Assembly (NCBI GenBank): GCA_051313645.2
Contig: JBNRSN020000001.1
Span: forward strand, 460,474,001-460,538,000
DNA from: Centroscyllium fabricii
Taxonomy: Eukaryota
DNA length: 64,000 bases
Direction of reading: 5' to 3'
Shown: piece after piece, positions 48,864-63,279 of the stretch
Position numbering within the stretch: position 1 is the first letter of the stretch
How the letters are laid out: each line of letters opens with the position of its first letter
The notes under the pieces: generated by a model
What the model was told of the DNA's origin: nothing
Seen by the model: the letters and a program-made list of their open reading frames with translations, nothing else
Databases searched by the model: none
Position numbers and translations under genes: made by a program

Positions 48864-49582
48864 ATCATGCACTGCTTGCCCTGCCCCCTTTAAGACCTGT
48901 CCGGCCCCAGAGTTCATGGGAAAGCAAGGAGTTGCTGAAGGAGCGCTGCGCCCGCGATCAGCAATTAGTGCCATGAAATTGGGCGGTTGCACCCAACGCT
49001 AGATTTAGCGCAAAAATCTGCAAGGCCGGCGCAAAACCCAATTTCGGATGCTCTGGCGCTAATTTGCGCCCAGCGCTAATTTTAACGCTGTGCCCATTTT
49101 AGCACCCAAATCGTGCGCTCACGAATTTTTCGCCCAAAATATTTTAATTTCCCCCCCACCGCCCAGATGATCCAGCAGAAGCCAGAAGGCCCTGATTTTG
49201 GCAGCCAGAGTGCTATAGCAGGACTCTCCGGCAAATGAACTAGGGAAAGAAAAACTGGGGTAGCTACCTCCTCGCAGGCACAGCGTTATCTATTATGCTG
49301 TAATACTATAAAATGTAAATCAAAGTACTAATGTTTAACAGTCCTCACTTAATCTTCTTTCTTTAATGCATTAAGACCGGAGATAATCCCATTACCGAAT
49401 AGTTGCATGGGGAAGACTATTCTTTATTGTAATTTATTAGGAATTCAAGACAGAGGTTGAGGTTAAAAGGGACAATTATGTGGCCATGAGTTCATATAAG
49501 CTTGCACTGTTTGCAAGTTTAGCCCAAAGACACAAAATGATTCAATATTGAAAACCAAACTCTTGTTTGAGTATGACTGAAC

Positions 49583-51790
49583 GTAAGAACATAAGAATTA
49601 GAAGCAGGAGTATGCCACACGGCCCCTCGAGCCTGCTCCACCATTTAGTAAGATCATTTCTGATCTTTTACCTCAACTCCACTTTCCCGCCTGGTCCCCA
49701 TATCCCTGATTTACCTTGCGTCCAAAAATGTATCTATCTCAGCCTTGAATATTCTCAACGATTCAACAACCACAGTCCTTTGTGGTAGAGAATTCTAATG
49801 GTTCACAACCCTCTGAGTGAAGAAATTCCTCCTCATCTCAGTCTTAAATGGCCTATCCCTTATTCTGAGACTATGTGCCATAGTTCTTGACTCTCCAGCC
49901 AGGGGAAACAATCTCTCAGCATCTACCCTGTTAATTCTCTTCAGAATCTTATTTATGTTTCAATGAGATCACCTCTCATCCTTCTAAACTCCAGAGAGTA
50001 TAGGTCCAATCTACTCAATCATAAGAACGTAAGAAATAGGAGCACAAGCAGGCCATTCGGCCCCTCGAGCCTGCTCTGCCATTTAATGAGATCATGACTG
50101 ATCCGATTTTGGCCTCAACTCCATTTTCCTGCCCGCTCCCCATAACCCTCAACTTCCCTGTTGCTCAAAAATCTGTCAATCTCAGCCTTAAATATATTCA
50201 ATGACTCAGCTTCCACAGCTCTCTGGGATAAAGAATTCCAAAGATTCACGATCCTCTGAGAGAAGAAATTCCTCCTCATCTCCGTCTTAAACGGGCGACC
50301 CCTTATTCTGAGACTATGCCCCCTTGTTCTAGATTCCCCCATGAGGGGAAACATCTTCTCAGCATCTACCCTGCCCAACCCCCTCAGAATCTTATATGTT
50401 TGAATAAGATCACCTCTCATTCTTCTAAACGCCAATGAGTAAAGGCCCAACCTGCTCAACCTTTCTTCATAAGATAACCCCTTCATCTCCAGAATCAACC
50501 TCATGAACCTTCTCTGAACAGTCTCCACTACAAGTATATCCCTCCTTAAATAAGGGGATCAAAACTGTACACAGTACTCCAGGTGTGGTCTCACCAACGC
50601 CCTGTACAGTTGTAGCAAGACTTCCCTACTTTTATACTCCATCCCCCTTGAAATAACGGCCAACATTCCATTTGCCTTCCTAATTATTTGTTACATCTGC
50701 ATGTTAACTTTTTGTGTTTCATGTATGAGAGCAGCCAAATCCCTCTGTACCACAGCATTCTGTAGTCTTTCTCCATTTAAATAATATTTTTCTTTTCTAT
50801 TCTTCCTACCGAAGTGGATAACTTCACATTTTCCCACATTATACTCCATCTGCCAAATTCTTGCCCACTCACTCAGCCCGTCTATATCCCTCTGCAGACT
50901 CTTTGGGCGCGAAATTTGTGAGCGCACGAATTGGGGTGATAAAAATGGCGCTGCGCAAAAATTAGCGCCGCCGCTAAATTAGCGCCGAAGCGCCCGATAT
51001 TCACTTTAGCGCTGGCCTTGCAGATTTCGGCACTAGATCAGGTGTTGCACGAGAGCCAGCCGGCCAATTTTCTGGCGCTAATGCCCAGCGCCAGCGCAGC
51101 GCCAAATCCACCACCTCCCATGATTCCCACCAACGATGGGCCCTGTCATTTCTTAAAGGGAGGAGGGTCTTCCGCCCGTTGCAGCCACTCCCTGCTCACT
51201 TCCTCCTAGAATTGGTGCTGCGACCACACCTTTGTTACTGAGAAGTCAGAGCAGAAGCAGCAGCTAAGGCAAAGGTTTACCTGACCTTTGAAAGCTTCTC
51301 AGGTCTCTGGATATGTATGTCTGTCTCTCTCCTGGCTCAGTCTCGCAAAATGGCTGCCGCCGAAATGAAGGAAGTGTGTCCCCTTAAATACCGCCAAAAA
51401 GGCCCCAACTAGACTCAACTGTGCTAGAAAAACCTGTCACTGTTAGCAGCAGGTGTTGAATCGGCGACCGCGGCTGAATATGGGGCGCAGGACGGGCGTT
51501 GCACAAGGATCGCGGCTAGGAATCAGGCGCTGAAATTAGCGCACTAACAGTTAGCGCCGGCGCTAATCAGATGGCAAATTTAGCGCTCAGCGCTATTTTT
51601 TTTGCACCCGGCGCTAAAATCTGTAGCGCCCATTTTTCGGTGCAAAACTGACGGCGCTAAAGCGACAATTTTGCGCCCAATATGTTCTCCTCACAACTTG
51701 TTTTCCCACAAATCTTTGTATCAGCAGCAAATTTAGCAACAGTACACTCAGTCCCTTCATCCAAGTCATTAATAGTCATCCAAGTCAATC
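49583..51790 (-). mobile_element. Two stacked CR1 3' fragments (49583-50020 and 50021-51790); the second is split by a MITE
   Basis: Two taagaacataag tails; ORFs 50115..50528 and 50691..50927 encode CR1 RT C-terminus. Confidence 0.85.
50905..51678. mobile_element. Harbinger-like MITE related to the 46555 and 58084 elements, lacking the minisatellite
   Basis: Termini gggcgcgaaatt / aattttgcgccc; many gcgctaa/ttagcgc motifs; CR1 sequence resumes on both sides. Confidence 0.85.
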
Positions 51791-54700
51791 TCTCCTCATA
51801 GGTCAATGGTATTAAATTAAGATTGGTTTCCTAGCATAGCCTATTGTTTTTATTTTCATTTCATGTCTCTCATCTGTCATTGATAAAGCTATACAAAAAT
51901 TTTTGTTATACATTTATCAGGTAATTTCAAATTAACTGAAATGTTATAATCCCAGTATTTTACATGTATTTGCTGGCCTGGTAGATTGCTGTGGTGTGTT
52001 CTGCTTTTAGTGTAATGGAATTGGCAAACAACATTTAGGCTTTTCTTCAAATCCCGCTGGGGCATTTCTTTTCATCACCGCCTGTTGCCAAGCCAGCTGT
52101 TGCCTACGGGGCATGCACACTTCAGTTCCACTTCTCTAATATAAATAATTCATCATGGAGGTACATGGGGGGTCAGTAAGAAGCGAGCAGCTAGGGACCA
52201 TAAACAGTCTTAAATAGAGACTTTTGCTAATTTTGCCTGTCAGCAGAGTTTACATACAGTTTTATTGAGCTGAAACATTCTGCAGTACTGTCCCTAATAC
52301 AATTACTGTGTATTATGAAACATAAACTAAATTTACTAAAACCAGTTATATCTCTGCCCAGTCAATTGAATTTCTGCAGAACTAATTTAAGAAATGGAGC
52401 AGACTGGTGGTGTAGTAAATAAACAGTCACGTGTCTGTGGCAGTGTGCTCGAGCCCCAGATGTGCCAACCTTCTTACCAGAGAGGTTATTCACCCCGCCA
52501 AACTCATTTCAGCTCGTGGATTGGTCCTGCAGTGAACCTGGTTTCACTATTATCCTCGGATTCTCTCAACTTCCAAATCATAACCCAATTCTATCAGCAT
52601 GTTGCCCTAAATTTCTTCTGAGACCACTGGGACCAAGGTGTCTCCCATGATTAGCCAGTTTTGTAAGTTTTCACATCATACAATGTTATATTGCAACAAA
52701 CACTAATATTACAGTGATAAATCTGCTCAGATGTTAGCGCTGCTTTCTTCTTGGAGTATTAACCCTGGAGTATTAACCCTGAAGTACAGAGAATAAAGAT
52801 TTAGGAGCCAAACATTCTCAGTCTTTCTGGTGCACTCCTGCCATAACTCTGGCAAGAGTGAGGCAGAAGTGCCAGAAAATAGGCAAGGCCCTGGATACTC
52901 CAGGTCCCGGCATGTGCTGAGAGCTCCCACTGAACCTTGTTCAATGGCATTGCCGATGGTGGGAGCAGGGACTCCCTACATTAGTAGTCCCGTGACCTTG
53001 GCCTTGCAGAAAGTCAAGGCATCTTCTGAGGCCAGTATGCCCAGTGAGAAGAGGCATACACGCCTTTTTCCTGGAAGAAGCGGAACCCACCTGGCCCGTA
53101 GCCTGGCAAAAGGGTAACTTTTTTTGGAGGACTTACAAAGAGCATTCTTTCTTGGGGGCAGGGGGGGTGGGGGGGCGGGGGGGTGCACGGAGAGGAGAGC
53201 AGAGGATGGCAGCTCTAGCACCACGCAAAATTCCATGAATTTTCTGGCCCAAGTAAAAGGCTATGTCAAGATGCTCTCGTGTGATGCCGGGCCCCACCAT
53301 GGGCATTGAAATAAGGTGACCTCCTTCTGACCCTGCATACTCTGGCGGGATCAGTGCGGGAGGTCATCAGCGGTCACAATTCCAATGTAATTCCCGGGAT
53401 CGTAGCCCATGGAATTTCAGGACATTTAGAAGAAAGTTTAATTAAAAATGAAAAAAGTTAAAGAAAGTCTTGCAGCTGCACAGTGCCTTATCACATCTCT
53501 CAGAAACATCGAAGTGCTTCATTCACAATAAATTACTTTGAAGTGCAATGACTGCTGTTATCTAGGAAGACACCACATCAAGAACCCATAAACATTCATT
53601 GGATGAATGACTAGTAAATCTGTTTTTGGTGGTGTTGATTAGGCGAAGAATATTGGGTTTGACACCAAGAGAACTTTCTACTCTTCCTCCTACAATGCTA
53701 TGGGTTATTTAATATTCACTTGAATCACTGGAATAGGGCCTTGGTGTAACATCTTATCTAAAGGTGGGGGTGGGGGTGGGCATCTGCTCAGTACTGTACT
53801 GGAGTGGCACACTACAATATGTGCTGGTACCCTGGAGTAGATGTTACACCCATAACCCTCTGGCTCAGAGGCATGAGTGTTATCAACTGTGCCATGGTGA
53901 CAAAAATTCTACTCTTGTTTCCCCTGTTCTCTCTTTCCCACTCATTCTTTCAGGGGTTTTTTAAACATTAATTTTATTTTTTTGTACCAGATCATTTATA
54001 TTCTTTATTTCTCTAATAGCTAGTTTTGAAACCCTTCGGCACCTTCTCGATTTTTAATGAGGTAGCAACATTTAAAAAGTGGATTTTGATTGGATAAAGC
54101 ATTCATTTTGGTCTCCTTTTAGCCAATCAAAAGACAGAAGAATATAGACTGACATAGTCATATCACAAGCATAACCAAATCAATCTCTGATATGGTTTTA
54201 CATGCATGGATGACACGTACACTTGGCATCAGCCTATAAAGGAAGAGTGTGCCTGGACAAAAGTGCCCATCTGAGATGCACTATGGGTTAAACTTTGAGT
54301 CTGGAACTAAAATTCCTTTAAGTGCACCTTTTGAAAGAATCTACAAACTCATCTTGGACTTTTCATAGTGTAGTATCTTCCATATTAATTGCCATTTGTG
54401 AGAAGCTCCTTCTAAATGTTCATTTTGCAAGAAGCTGTTTAATTTTGAGAGCATGTCCTATGGTTCTACATTCCTGAATCATTTCAGAAGGGTTGAGAGT
54501 TTCTATCTTTTCCATTCCCTTCATCGTTTACAAACAATGCAAGCCATATCTTCTCCCATCCTTCCCTGAAGAAAACAATCTTGGTTCTCTTTAGTGGATC
54601 TAAATTTTAAAAATTCATCTTTGCTCTTCTCTGAAACTTCTCCCTATGATTGTTACTTTAGAGGCATGATGCTCAAAATGAAATGCAATATTCTAGCAAG

Positions 54701-55629
54701 GTTGTACTAATGTATTCTGCAAAGTTACTATGGCACACTTTGCTCATACTCTGTGTGCCTAGCAATGACGCCTGACATGGCATTTGCATTAAATTAAATG
54801 CCATTTTCAGTCATTAGCTTGACGACAAAAATCAAAAATGTACTCTTATTCCCTTTAATGTCCAATGACAATTTAATTTTAATTTCTTAATCTCTCCTAT
54901 GAATTTCCTTTTCTTTCCTAATTTGCATGTTAGTAATCCCCATCTGTGTTTAATATTCAACTTTATCTTTTACAGGCTACTCATATTGTTTAAAAGTCTC
55001 CCAATTACTGGAATTACATTAAGATACAATTACCACATTTTTGCTGGGATTCATTTCATATGGTCTCCACTGGTGTTAGTGTAGTTCCAGAAATAAGGTT
55101 AGTATTCATTTTAAAGGTAACTTTCTTTGCTGCAGAGTATATGTCTCGCCTCCAATATTTTAAAAAAATGTTTAATTCCCTTTTTTTCAGTAGGCTAGTT
55201 TCCATATTTGGTGACTCTTCAATTTAAATCCCTTTGAAGCCCTGGCACCCATGCATCCAGCACTGCTTGGGTGTAAATGCAGAAACAGATGTTGTATGAC
55301 GTATTTCCCTGATTTGCATGGCATCACAACACACCTGCCCCCACCTCTGGCTGGCTATTATGACAGATGCAGGGGGGTGGACTTGCCGTTAATGGGCCCC
55401 ACCCCAAATTTCACCCCTCGCCTGCCCAGGAAGTGCTCCATTTAAGTGGAAATTCAGGGTCATTGTTTCACTTCTCACACAACTCACAAGGCCACAAGAA
55501 ATGCTGAAATATAATAAATTAACATATGAATAACAGTAAGATTTTATGGCTGGGATTTTCCGATTGTTCTTGTTTCAAATACAGTCCTGGCGAGGAGGGA
55601 CTTCTGCCCGTCTTGTAGATGCGCTCTTG

Positions 55630-56200
55630 ATCATAGAAATTTACAGCACAGAAGGAGGCCATTCAGCCCATTGTGTCTGTGCCGGCTGACAAAGAGCTGT
55701 CCAGCCTAATCCCAATTTCCAGCTCTTGGTCCGTAGCCCTGTAGGTTCTGGCAGTTCAAATGCATAGCCAAGTACATTTTAAATGCAATGAGAGTTTTTG
55801 CCTCTGCCACCCTTTCAGGCAGTGAGTTCCAGACCCCCACCACCCTCTGGGTGAAAAAAGGTTCTCCTCAACTCCCCTCTAATCCTTCTACCAATTACTT
55901 TAAATCTATGCCCCCTGGTTATTGACCTCTCTGATAAGTGAAATAGGTCCTTCTTATCCACTCTATCAAGGCCCCTCATAATTTTATACACCTCAATTAA
56001 GTCTCCCCTCAGCCTCCTCTGTTCCAAAGAAAACAACTCCAGCCTATTCAATCTTTCCTCATAGCTAAAATTCTCCAGTCCTGGCAACATACTTGTAAAT
56101 CTCCTCTGTACCCTCTCTAGTGCAATCACATCGTTCCTGTAATGTGATGACCAGAACTGTAGGCAGTACTCTAGCTGAGGCCTAACTAGTGTTTTATACA
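55630..56200 (-). mobile_element. CR1 3' fragment (different subfamily)
   Basis: ORF 55815..56204 LYKTLVRPQLEYC..RRLRGDLIEVYKI. Confidence 0.85.
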
Positions 56201-56812
56201 GCACAGTGCCCCACCACCACTATAATGTAGTCATTTTTCAGTTTGCTGTTAAATCTCATATGGTGAATTGATTCAGATGCTATGTTTAAAAGGAATCTTG
56301 TATTACCTGATCACATTTATTTCCTTAAGGATTCCATCTATTTCCAAACAATTGAAACTGAACATATTCAGCACTTTCATTTATTTGTGCAAATAGCACC
56401 ATGATGGTCTGCTCACATTTACATTGTTCAGAGGTGCCTATAAAGATTCCTCTGCCCTTGCTTACCATGAACTCTACCCAAATTGATTCTGGCAGTTTAC
56501 CATTAAGACTCAGCTCTTCTTTCGTGTTTGCTGTCAATTCTTCCACAACAGCTCCATTAACTTAAAGCTGATCTGTGCTAGAAGAAATCACACTTACCTC
56601 AAAACCTACTTCAGTTATTAGCATAGCTGCGAGAAGACACTGCCTACCTTGCCGGGAAACTTGGTCCTAAAATAATAAATATTTACTCGGAGCTTTCTGC
56701 AGGTATAAGAGTGACATTACATTGCTCGGCCATTTAAGAGCGACCAAGATGTGTTGTTTTCAATTGAAAATATTCTTACTAAACATTGTGAGGATGTTAA
56801 AAACAGACCCAC

Positions 56813-56908
56813 CTTACTCTCTCCTTCAATTACAGTAATAGGCACTGGGGTGGAGGGCCACTTGCTCTTGGACGGTAAAGGCCTATCACAGTTCCACAAC
56901 ACTATAAT
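56813..56908 (-). CDS. EXT1: Exostosin-1 family exon equivalent to EXT1 exon 7 ([32 protein letters not shown])
   Basis: 96 bp with tttttaAG acceptor and GTgggt donor; matches EXT1 [32 protein letters not shown]; phase 0 at both ends. Confidence 0.95.
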
Positions 56909-57789
56909 CTTAAAAAAAGTATATACATTAATATTCATTTCAAATTAAAAACACATTTCTTTTGTAGGTGCATGACCCAAAGAGACCAGAGAGAAACAGA
57001 GGGAATTTTTCCTGAAAAAAAATAATTTTTCAAGTATTGGCTCTTTTTTAATATTTTCTTCCAAAAACAGACAACTCAATTCATCTTACATGCTAATATG
57101 AACAAAATATGCTTTTCAAAATTATGACTGGGGTGTTATTCTGGATACCATAATAGATTAAAGAAAATGTATTAAATGCTTAATATTACTTGCTTAACAA
57201 TGCAGTTAATTTTGAAATTCAGAAAATAGCTAGAATTACAATCAGCCTTTGTTTATTTTTTCATTTGTCCATTTAATGAACTGAGCATTTTTGTAAACCA
57301 TCAGTACTGATTAATTGTTGGGAGAATTGTCTTGAGCTCAGTTTGAGAAGTAGGCCTAGAAATTCATATTGGGCAGTGGCGCAAAATGGATTGGATTGGC
57401 CGCTTGTTATACGCAACGCCTGATATTCAGTTCCATTGCAGTCGATGCTGCCTGTGTTGCGCCACCGCCGATGTTCTCCCTAAGCCCCGGAGGTGCGCCG
57501 CTCCAGGGAACCCGCACAGCTGGCTTGCTGTCTTTTCAGTACAAAAAACGCACATGCGTGGTATTTTGAATGGGCACCAAAACAAAAATAAGAGATGAAT
57601 TTCTACCCAATCTTTGAAATGATGATCACTGCCCCACCATGGTTAAAGTATTGGACCTCGTCCCTTCAGGCTTGGTAATTCCACCCAGTCAGTTCTGGAT
57701 GTTATTGACGCTCATTTTCATTTTTTTAAATCCATTTTTTTTAGATTTAGAACGACATAAACAATGTTAAATTACACGTGATTTAGCTT

Positions 57790-59200
57790 CTCTGATGGTT
57801 CGCTTAGTAAATTCACTGGATCTGAATCACACAGACCCGAAAGGTTCCAGTTCAGTCACATCTGTGTTAACCTGTGGAATTCTCTGCCACAGAAGGCAGT
57901 AGAGACCAATTCATTAAATATATTCAAGAAGGAGTTGGATATATTTCTTAAGGCTAAAGGGATCAAGGGATATGGGGAGAAAGCAGGGACAGGATACTGA
58001 ATTTGGCTGATCAGCCATGATCGCATTGAATGGCGGAGCAGGCTCGAGGGGCCGAATGGCCTACTCCTGCTCCTATCTTCTATGGGCGTAAAATTCGTGA
58101 GTGCATGATTTGGGGCACTAAAATGGGCGCAGTGCTAAAATTAGCACCGGCGTTAAATTCGCGCCGGAGCGCCAAATATTCAATTCTGCGCCGGCCTTGC
58201 AGATTGCAGCGCTAAATCTAGCGATGCACGAGTGGAAACGCCCAATTTCGTGGAGCTAATTGCCGATCGCGGGCGCAGCGCTCCTTCAGCAACTCCTTGC
58301 TTTCCCATGAACTCTGGAGCCGGACAGTCTTAAAGGGGGTAGGGGAAGCAGTGCATGATGTGTCGGCACACCTCCCTCATCATCTCCCCGATCTCTGCCA
58401 ATGACCCTCATCATCTCCCCGATCTCGCCCGATCCCCCGCAGTATCTGCCCGACCCCAATCTCGCCCGACCCCCCACAGCATCTGCTCGACCCCGATCTC
58501 GCCCGACCCCCCGCAGCAACTAGCTGATCTCGGGCTCGCCCGTTGACACCACCGCAGCAACTGGCCGATCTTGGGCTGACCCCCCTCCCGCAGCATCTGG
58601 CCGATCTCGGGCTGACCCCCCTCCCGCAGCAACTGGCCGATCTCGGGCCGAAGAGGCTACTGAGGAAAGGGAGGGTCACCCTTTTAGCAGCGTTGCAGCG
58701 GCCACTCAGACCCTCAGCAGCGCTTGCCAAAGCTGGCGCTGGCAGCGCTGCGCCGGGGAGCCTGGTGCAACGGCGAATATCGGGCGCAGCCCGGCGGGCG
58801 AGCGTAGCACCCGGATTTGCATGACGATTGCCGATCGCAAATTAGCACGTGCTAACAGTTAGCGCTGGCACTAGTCGGGTGGTGAATTTAGCGGCCGGTG
58901 CTAAATTTTTTGCCCTCGGCGCAAAACCCTCCTGCGCCCATTTTCCAGTGCTAATCGGCCGCCGCTAAGGTGCCAATTTTGCGTCCTAAGTTTCTATGTT
59001 AAGCTAGTTGATCTCAGTCACGGTGACAGTCAGGATGCTATAACTAGCTTAACTGCCCCTGTAGGTAAAAAAAAAGCAGCCAGGCTTCCCATTTCTGACT
59101 GCAACCCAGTAACTCTCACTGGGAAGCACATTTGTGTGGATGTTGGGTGCGGCTGGGTCAGGCTAAAATGCTCCCCCGCCTCCCCCTGTGATTGATACCC
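57790..59200 (+). mobile_element. LF-SINE-like relic split by a CR1 3' end (57862-58083), which is itself split by a MITE
   Basis: cacacagacccgaaaggttcc... resumes as tagttgatctcag...gcagccagg..ctgactgcaacccagtaac after 59000. Confidence 0.55.
58084..58986. mobile_element. Harbinger-like MITE with minisatellite (inverted homolog of 46555-49135)
   Basis: Termini gggcgtaaaatt / aattttgcgtcc; inserted in the CR1 (ttctatg) tail. Confidence 0.85.
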
Positions 59201-60167
59201 CGCCAACATTCATTGCCTTGCCTAGTATTTGGCAGAAGATTTGCGGAAACCTTGGATACACCAAAGTTACACCAAAGATTGAGAGAATGACAAAGACATT
59301 ATAGGTGGTGAATTATATACTTTGGTGTCTGGGTGGATGCCACCTGCAGAAAGTTTTTATTTTTAACACTTCATTTTGTGCATTTTCCAGCATTTTGGAT
59401 TCTGCGATGGTTGCAGTCAGGATGCTATAACTAGCCTCATGTGCCTGTGCTGGCTCTTTGAAAGAGCTATCCAATTAGTCCCACTTCTCTGCTCTTTCCC
59501 CATAGTCCTGTAAATGTTGCCAAAAATTCTATTACCTGACCACTGTTTCTATTCCTGGCAACTGTCTGATGTTTAGCCAGACTGTTTGCAACCTTGGTGT
59601 TGACCCTGAGATGAGCTACCGACCACATTCATTCCATCACCCAAGACTGACTACTTCCACCTCCATAGCATCGCCCGATTCCGACCTTGCTTCAGCTCAT
59701 CTGCTGCTGAAACCCTCATTCGTGCCTTTGTTACCGCTTGACTTGACTATTTCAAAGTACTCCTGGCTGGCCTCCCACATTCTACCTGTGCTCATCCAAA
59801 ACTCGACTGCCCATACCTTAACTAATTGATTTTTTTACAACCAACTGAACAGGTAGCTACAGCTTTGATTTCATGGGCTGTAATTTACGACCCCTACAAG
59901 TGCGTACGAGGTGCGCACATGCTCGTAGCATCCGCCCGCGGGAAGCCTCCGACTGCAAATTTTGGGCCAATATTTCATCTAAAAGACAGCACCCCCAACA
60001 ATGCAACACGCCCTCACTCCTGCACTAAGGGGTCAGTCTAGATTATGTGCTCGTCCTAGTGAGGTGTGAATGCACAAATCCTAACTCAGAGACAAGACTA
60101 TTGCCACCGAGCAATGCTGACACTTCAGCCAGATGTCTTTCCATTTCTGCTTTTCTGAACAATATTT

Positions 60168-61891
60168 GGGCCGGATTTTGCAGTAGGAATAATGGTGAGG
60201 CTATCAGCGCTCACCGTTATTAAGGAGTAAATTAGACAGCAACTTCCGGCATCCAAACATGCACATTTAAACGCAGAAATCTAGAAGTTGGTATCCAATT
60301 TGCCCCGCTCCTCCACAAACTTCACTACACTGGTACCTCACCGAGACATTCGGTATTGAAATACATGAAGAGCGTGAAGTTGCGGTACTTGATACCCACT
60401 AAACACGCCAGAAAAATTTAGGGCTTGTCCATTCAAGTGTAAGTACAGGAAACCCTTGTTTAACCGGCACCTAAATATCTGGAATTCTCTATTAACCGGC
60501 AAAATTCTCATCCGAAAACAACACATCAATAACCAGCAATGTTGCCGAGTCCGAGTCTCCTGTGGTGGCTGAGTTAATCAGTGGGGGTAGTTCTCTAAAC
60601 TGCCACAATCCACATCCATTTAACACAACATTCTGTAGGTGAGTACCCAATTACTGTATACTGCACATTTCTTGATTTTTAAAAATTTTCTTTGTTAAAA
60701 ATAGCCTCGGTAGGTAACCCTCTCCGTTATCCGGAAATTTTGATAAACCAGCAACATGCCGGTCCCATCGGTGCCGGATATCAAAGAGTTTCCTGTAAAA
60801 AAAATTATGGTGTGATAATCTTAATTACTACCAAACAACCTCTCTGGCACTGAAAATGTACTTTTACAAGTGTGGAGTCTCATTCTTTCAGATTTTAATT
60901 ATTGTTGGAAATATTTAAAAAGTTAAAAATTTAAATAAATGTTTTTTTACTTTTTCTTTTTGTCTCTTATCGCTCTCTCTTCATCCCATCTTTCTTTCCC
61001 TTTCTTTATTTTGCCTTCTGTACATGATTTTACTTTGAATTAAATATTCTGGTTTAGACTCTGCGGCCAGAATTTTCACAGGTAAGAAAGGATGGGTTGG
61101 AGGCGTGAGGGGGAGTGAAAGTTTTAAAAATGTAAAGCCCAACCCCAACCCGCCCACTTTCACCTTTCACTCAGGAGGGACGGGGACGCGGGCTGCCATC
61201 CCACTGCCAGGAGGCATGTTGGCAACTTAAGTATTATAATCAGGCCTGTAGCCTCTACTTTAACCTGGTTTGCAGGATTTACTGCAGATAGCCGTGGATC
61301 CCAGGGCTCGGGATTCCCGGTAGCTGCAATGAGGTGGCCTCAGTCTCGGGGAGCAATCCTTGTGGGCAGGGAGGAGCACCAACCCCCACCCCCAACCACC
61401 CCCTGGGATCGCGACTCAGCCACAGAGATCCAACGCCTCCTAGCCCCCACCATCCTGCACCTACCTGTGGTTGTGGCCTCCTGGTCCGCGTTCCCCGCAC
61501 GACTGGAAGCTAGCCTGTCAATGTCCGAGCAGGAAACCCGTCCTTTCCGTCGCACGCATGCTGTGGAGTTAAAACTCCACAGCATGCCAGGAAACCTGAA
61601 CTTCCGGGTTTCCCACCATCTCCTGGGTCCCCCCACATCATGCAGATGGCACCTGGGAAAATCTAGCCCTGTGTGCCACAGTAAGAATTCTTCAATCTGA
61701 TTGGTTGAAGAGACATGCTGTTGTTTTCCCCATTCACACAGGTCCCAGATGCCCTGTGGAGAATGTCACGCTATATCAGACTCCCAATGTCCTTAAGTAG
61801 CCACTCAAAAGGCCACGAAATGTCTGTGAGCCGCTGTAAACACATTGAACGGTAAATTACATTTGTTCGCCACTGACCGCAAAATCCGGCC
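60168..61891. mobile_element. Non-autonomous TIR element (family of 4629-9921) with two nested MITEs
   Basis: TIR ggccggattttgc / gcaaaatccggcc; nested elements at 60446-60795 and ~61065-61669. Confidence 0.7.
60446..60795. mobile_element. Tc1/mariner-type MITE
   Basis: TIR caggaaac...ccggcac / gtgccgg...gtttcctg flanked by TA. Confidence 0.75.
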
Positions 61892-62555
61892 ATTATACAA
61901 ATACAGGAATGGTGAATTTTAGAGGTGCACAAAGCATGCTACCCATGCAACCAATGAACTACAAATGGACAGCTTAGCCCTCTTAATACTGAAAGGCTCC
62001 ATTTTTTAAAAATGACCTTCTACCTAAACCTCGTCGCCTCTTTCTCCTCCTTTAAGAATCTCCTTAAAACCTACTCCTGAGCAAGCTTTTAATCACCTCT
62101 CCTACTATTTCCTTCTTTAGCTTGGTGCCAACTTTTGTCGGATTACGCTTTTGCAAAGCACCTTGGGACACTCTTCTACCTTGAAGATGCTATATAAATG
62201 CAAGTTGTTTTTGTCGGCATTTTCTCCCAACTTTTCCTGAATGCGCTCATTTATGCTGGGCTATGATTCCATGTCACCAACTTTCATCTGGTACTTTGCC
62301 AAGTGACTAATCTTAACGTGGAAGCCTGGGTAGTGTGTGTCAGCAGGCTACTTGACTGTGGAAAGGCATCATAGCTGAATCCAATCCTGCCTCGCCTGAG
62401 GGTGAAATTCTTTTAATGAAAATCAGAAGAATGCCTGCTTTTCTCCATCATTAAATCGCCGGCTAATGAATTGTAGAAACGCAGTGCTTTGAAATGAGAC
62501 CTTTGAGAATGCTCTTATGTATGTGCTTGCAAATTACGGAGAAAAATAGATGTAA

Positions 62556-63242
62556 AGCCCCGCTTTCACTGGAGGCTACGAAAATCCCGATTCGTCCCGA
62601 ATCTGAAATTTGTCCGGTTCGTAGATAATTCTTGCAATTCGTAAACGATTCGTAGTTGATTCGTAGTTGATTCGTAGACATTCGTACAGTTCGCGTGAGT
62701 TCGCGTGATTTCGTTAATTTGGCACGAAAGTTTTTGCTTGTCAAAAACTTTCGTGGGAGGGTTAACGAATGTCCAATTCGTGAATGATTCGTAAACACTT
62801 CGTGAACCTTTCTTATCGTTCGTAACCCTTTCTTATCGTTCGTAACCGCTTCGTAATCGCTTCTTCTGCATTCTGGCCTATTCTTGGGCATTCGTGACTC
62901 CCTCAAATTCGTGGACCCACGCCGAATACATCACGAAACAGGCACGAATGTCCCGAATGTAGTACGAATCAAGTACGAATCGGTCGTAGTGGATTCGTAC
63001 AGTAATTCGGCACATTCGTAAGTGAGTCGTACCTTATTCGTTAAATTCTTAGCTGATTCTTTGAATTCGTACTTGTTTCTTAAACCATTCTTGACATTCG
63101 GCACGAATAAATCGTAATCAATTCGTACCAGATTCGTAGCTCCTCCCGAATCCACCACGAATTTGTCATTTTTTGCCGAATCGCCACGAATTTCGATTCG
63201 GGACGATTCGGGATATTCGTAGCCCTCAGTGAAAGCGGGGCT
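62556..63242. mobile_element. CpG-rich MITE, probably Harbinger-type
   Basis: ~45-bp imperfect TIR agccccgctttcactg...; flanks TAA/TTA; dense ttcgt repeats. Confidence 0.88.
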
Positions 63243-63279
63243 TTACCCATTTCTCATTAAAAGAGACCCTGTTTACCAA

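Larger units (their letters stand above)
46555..49135. mobile_element. Harbinger-like MITE with an internal minisatellite, interrupted by a LINE
   Basis: Termini ggcgaaaaatt / aatttttcgccc; inverted homolog of 58084-58986. Confidence 0.85.

Noticed and set aside
56325-56640. ORF next to the EXT1-like exon as an additional exon
   Set aside because: ESIWVE..KG..FIG resembles a decayed CR1 endonuclease; the three identified exons already join in frame.
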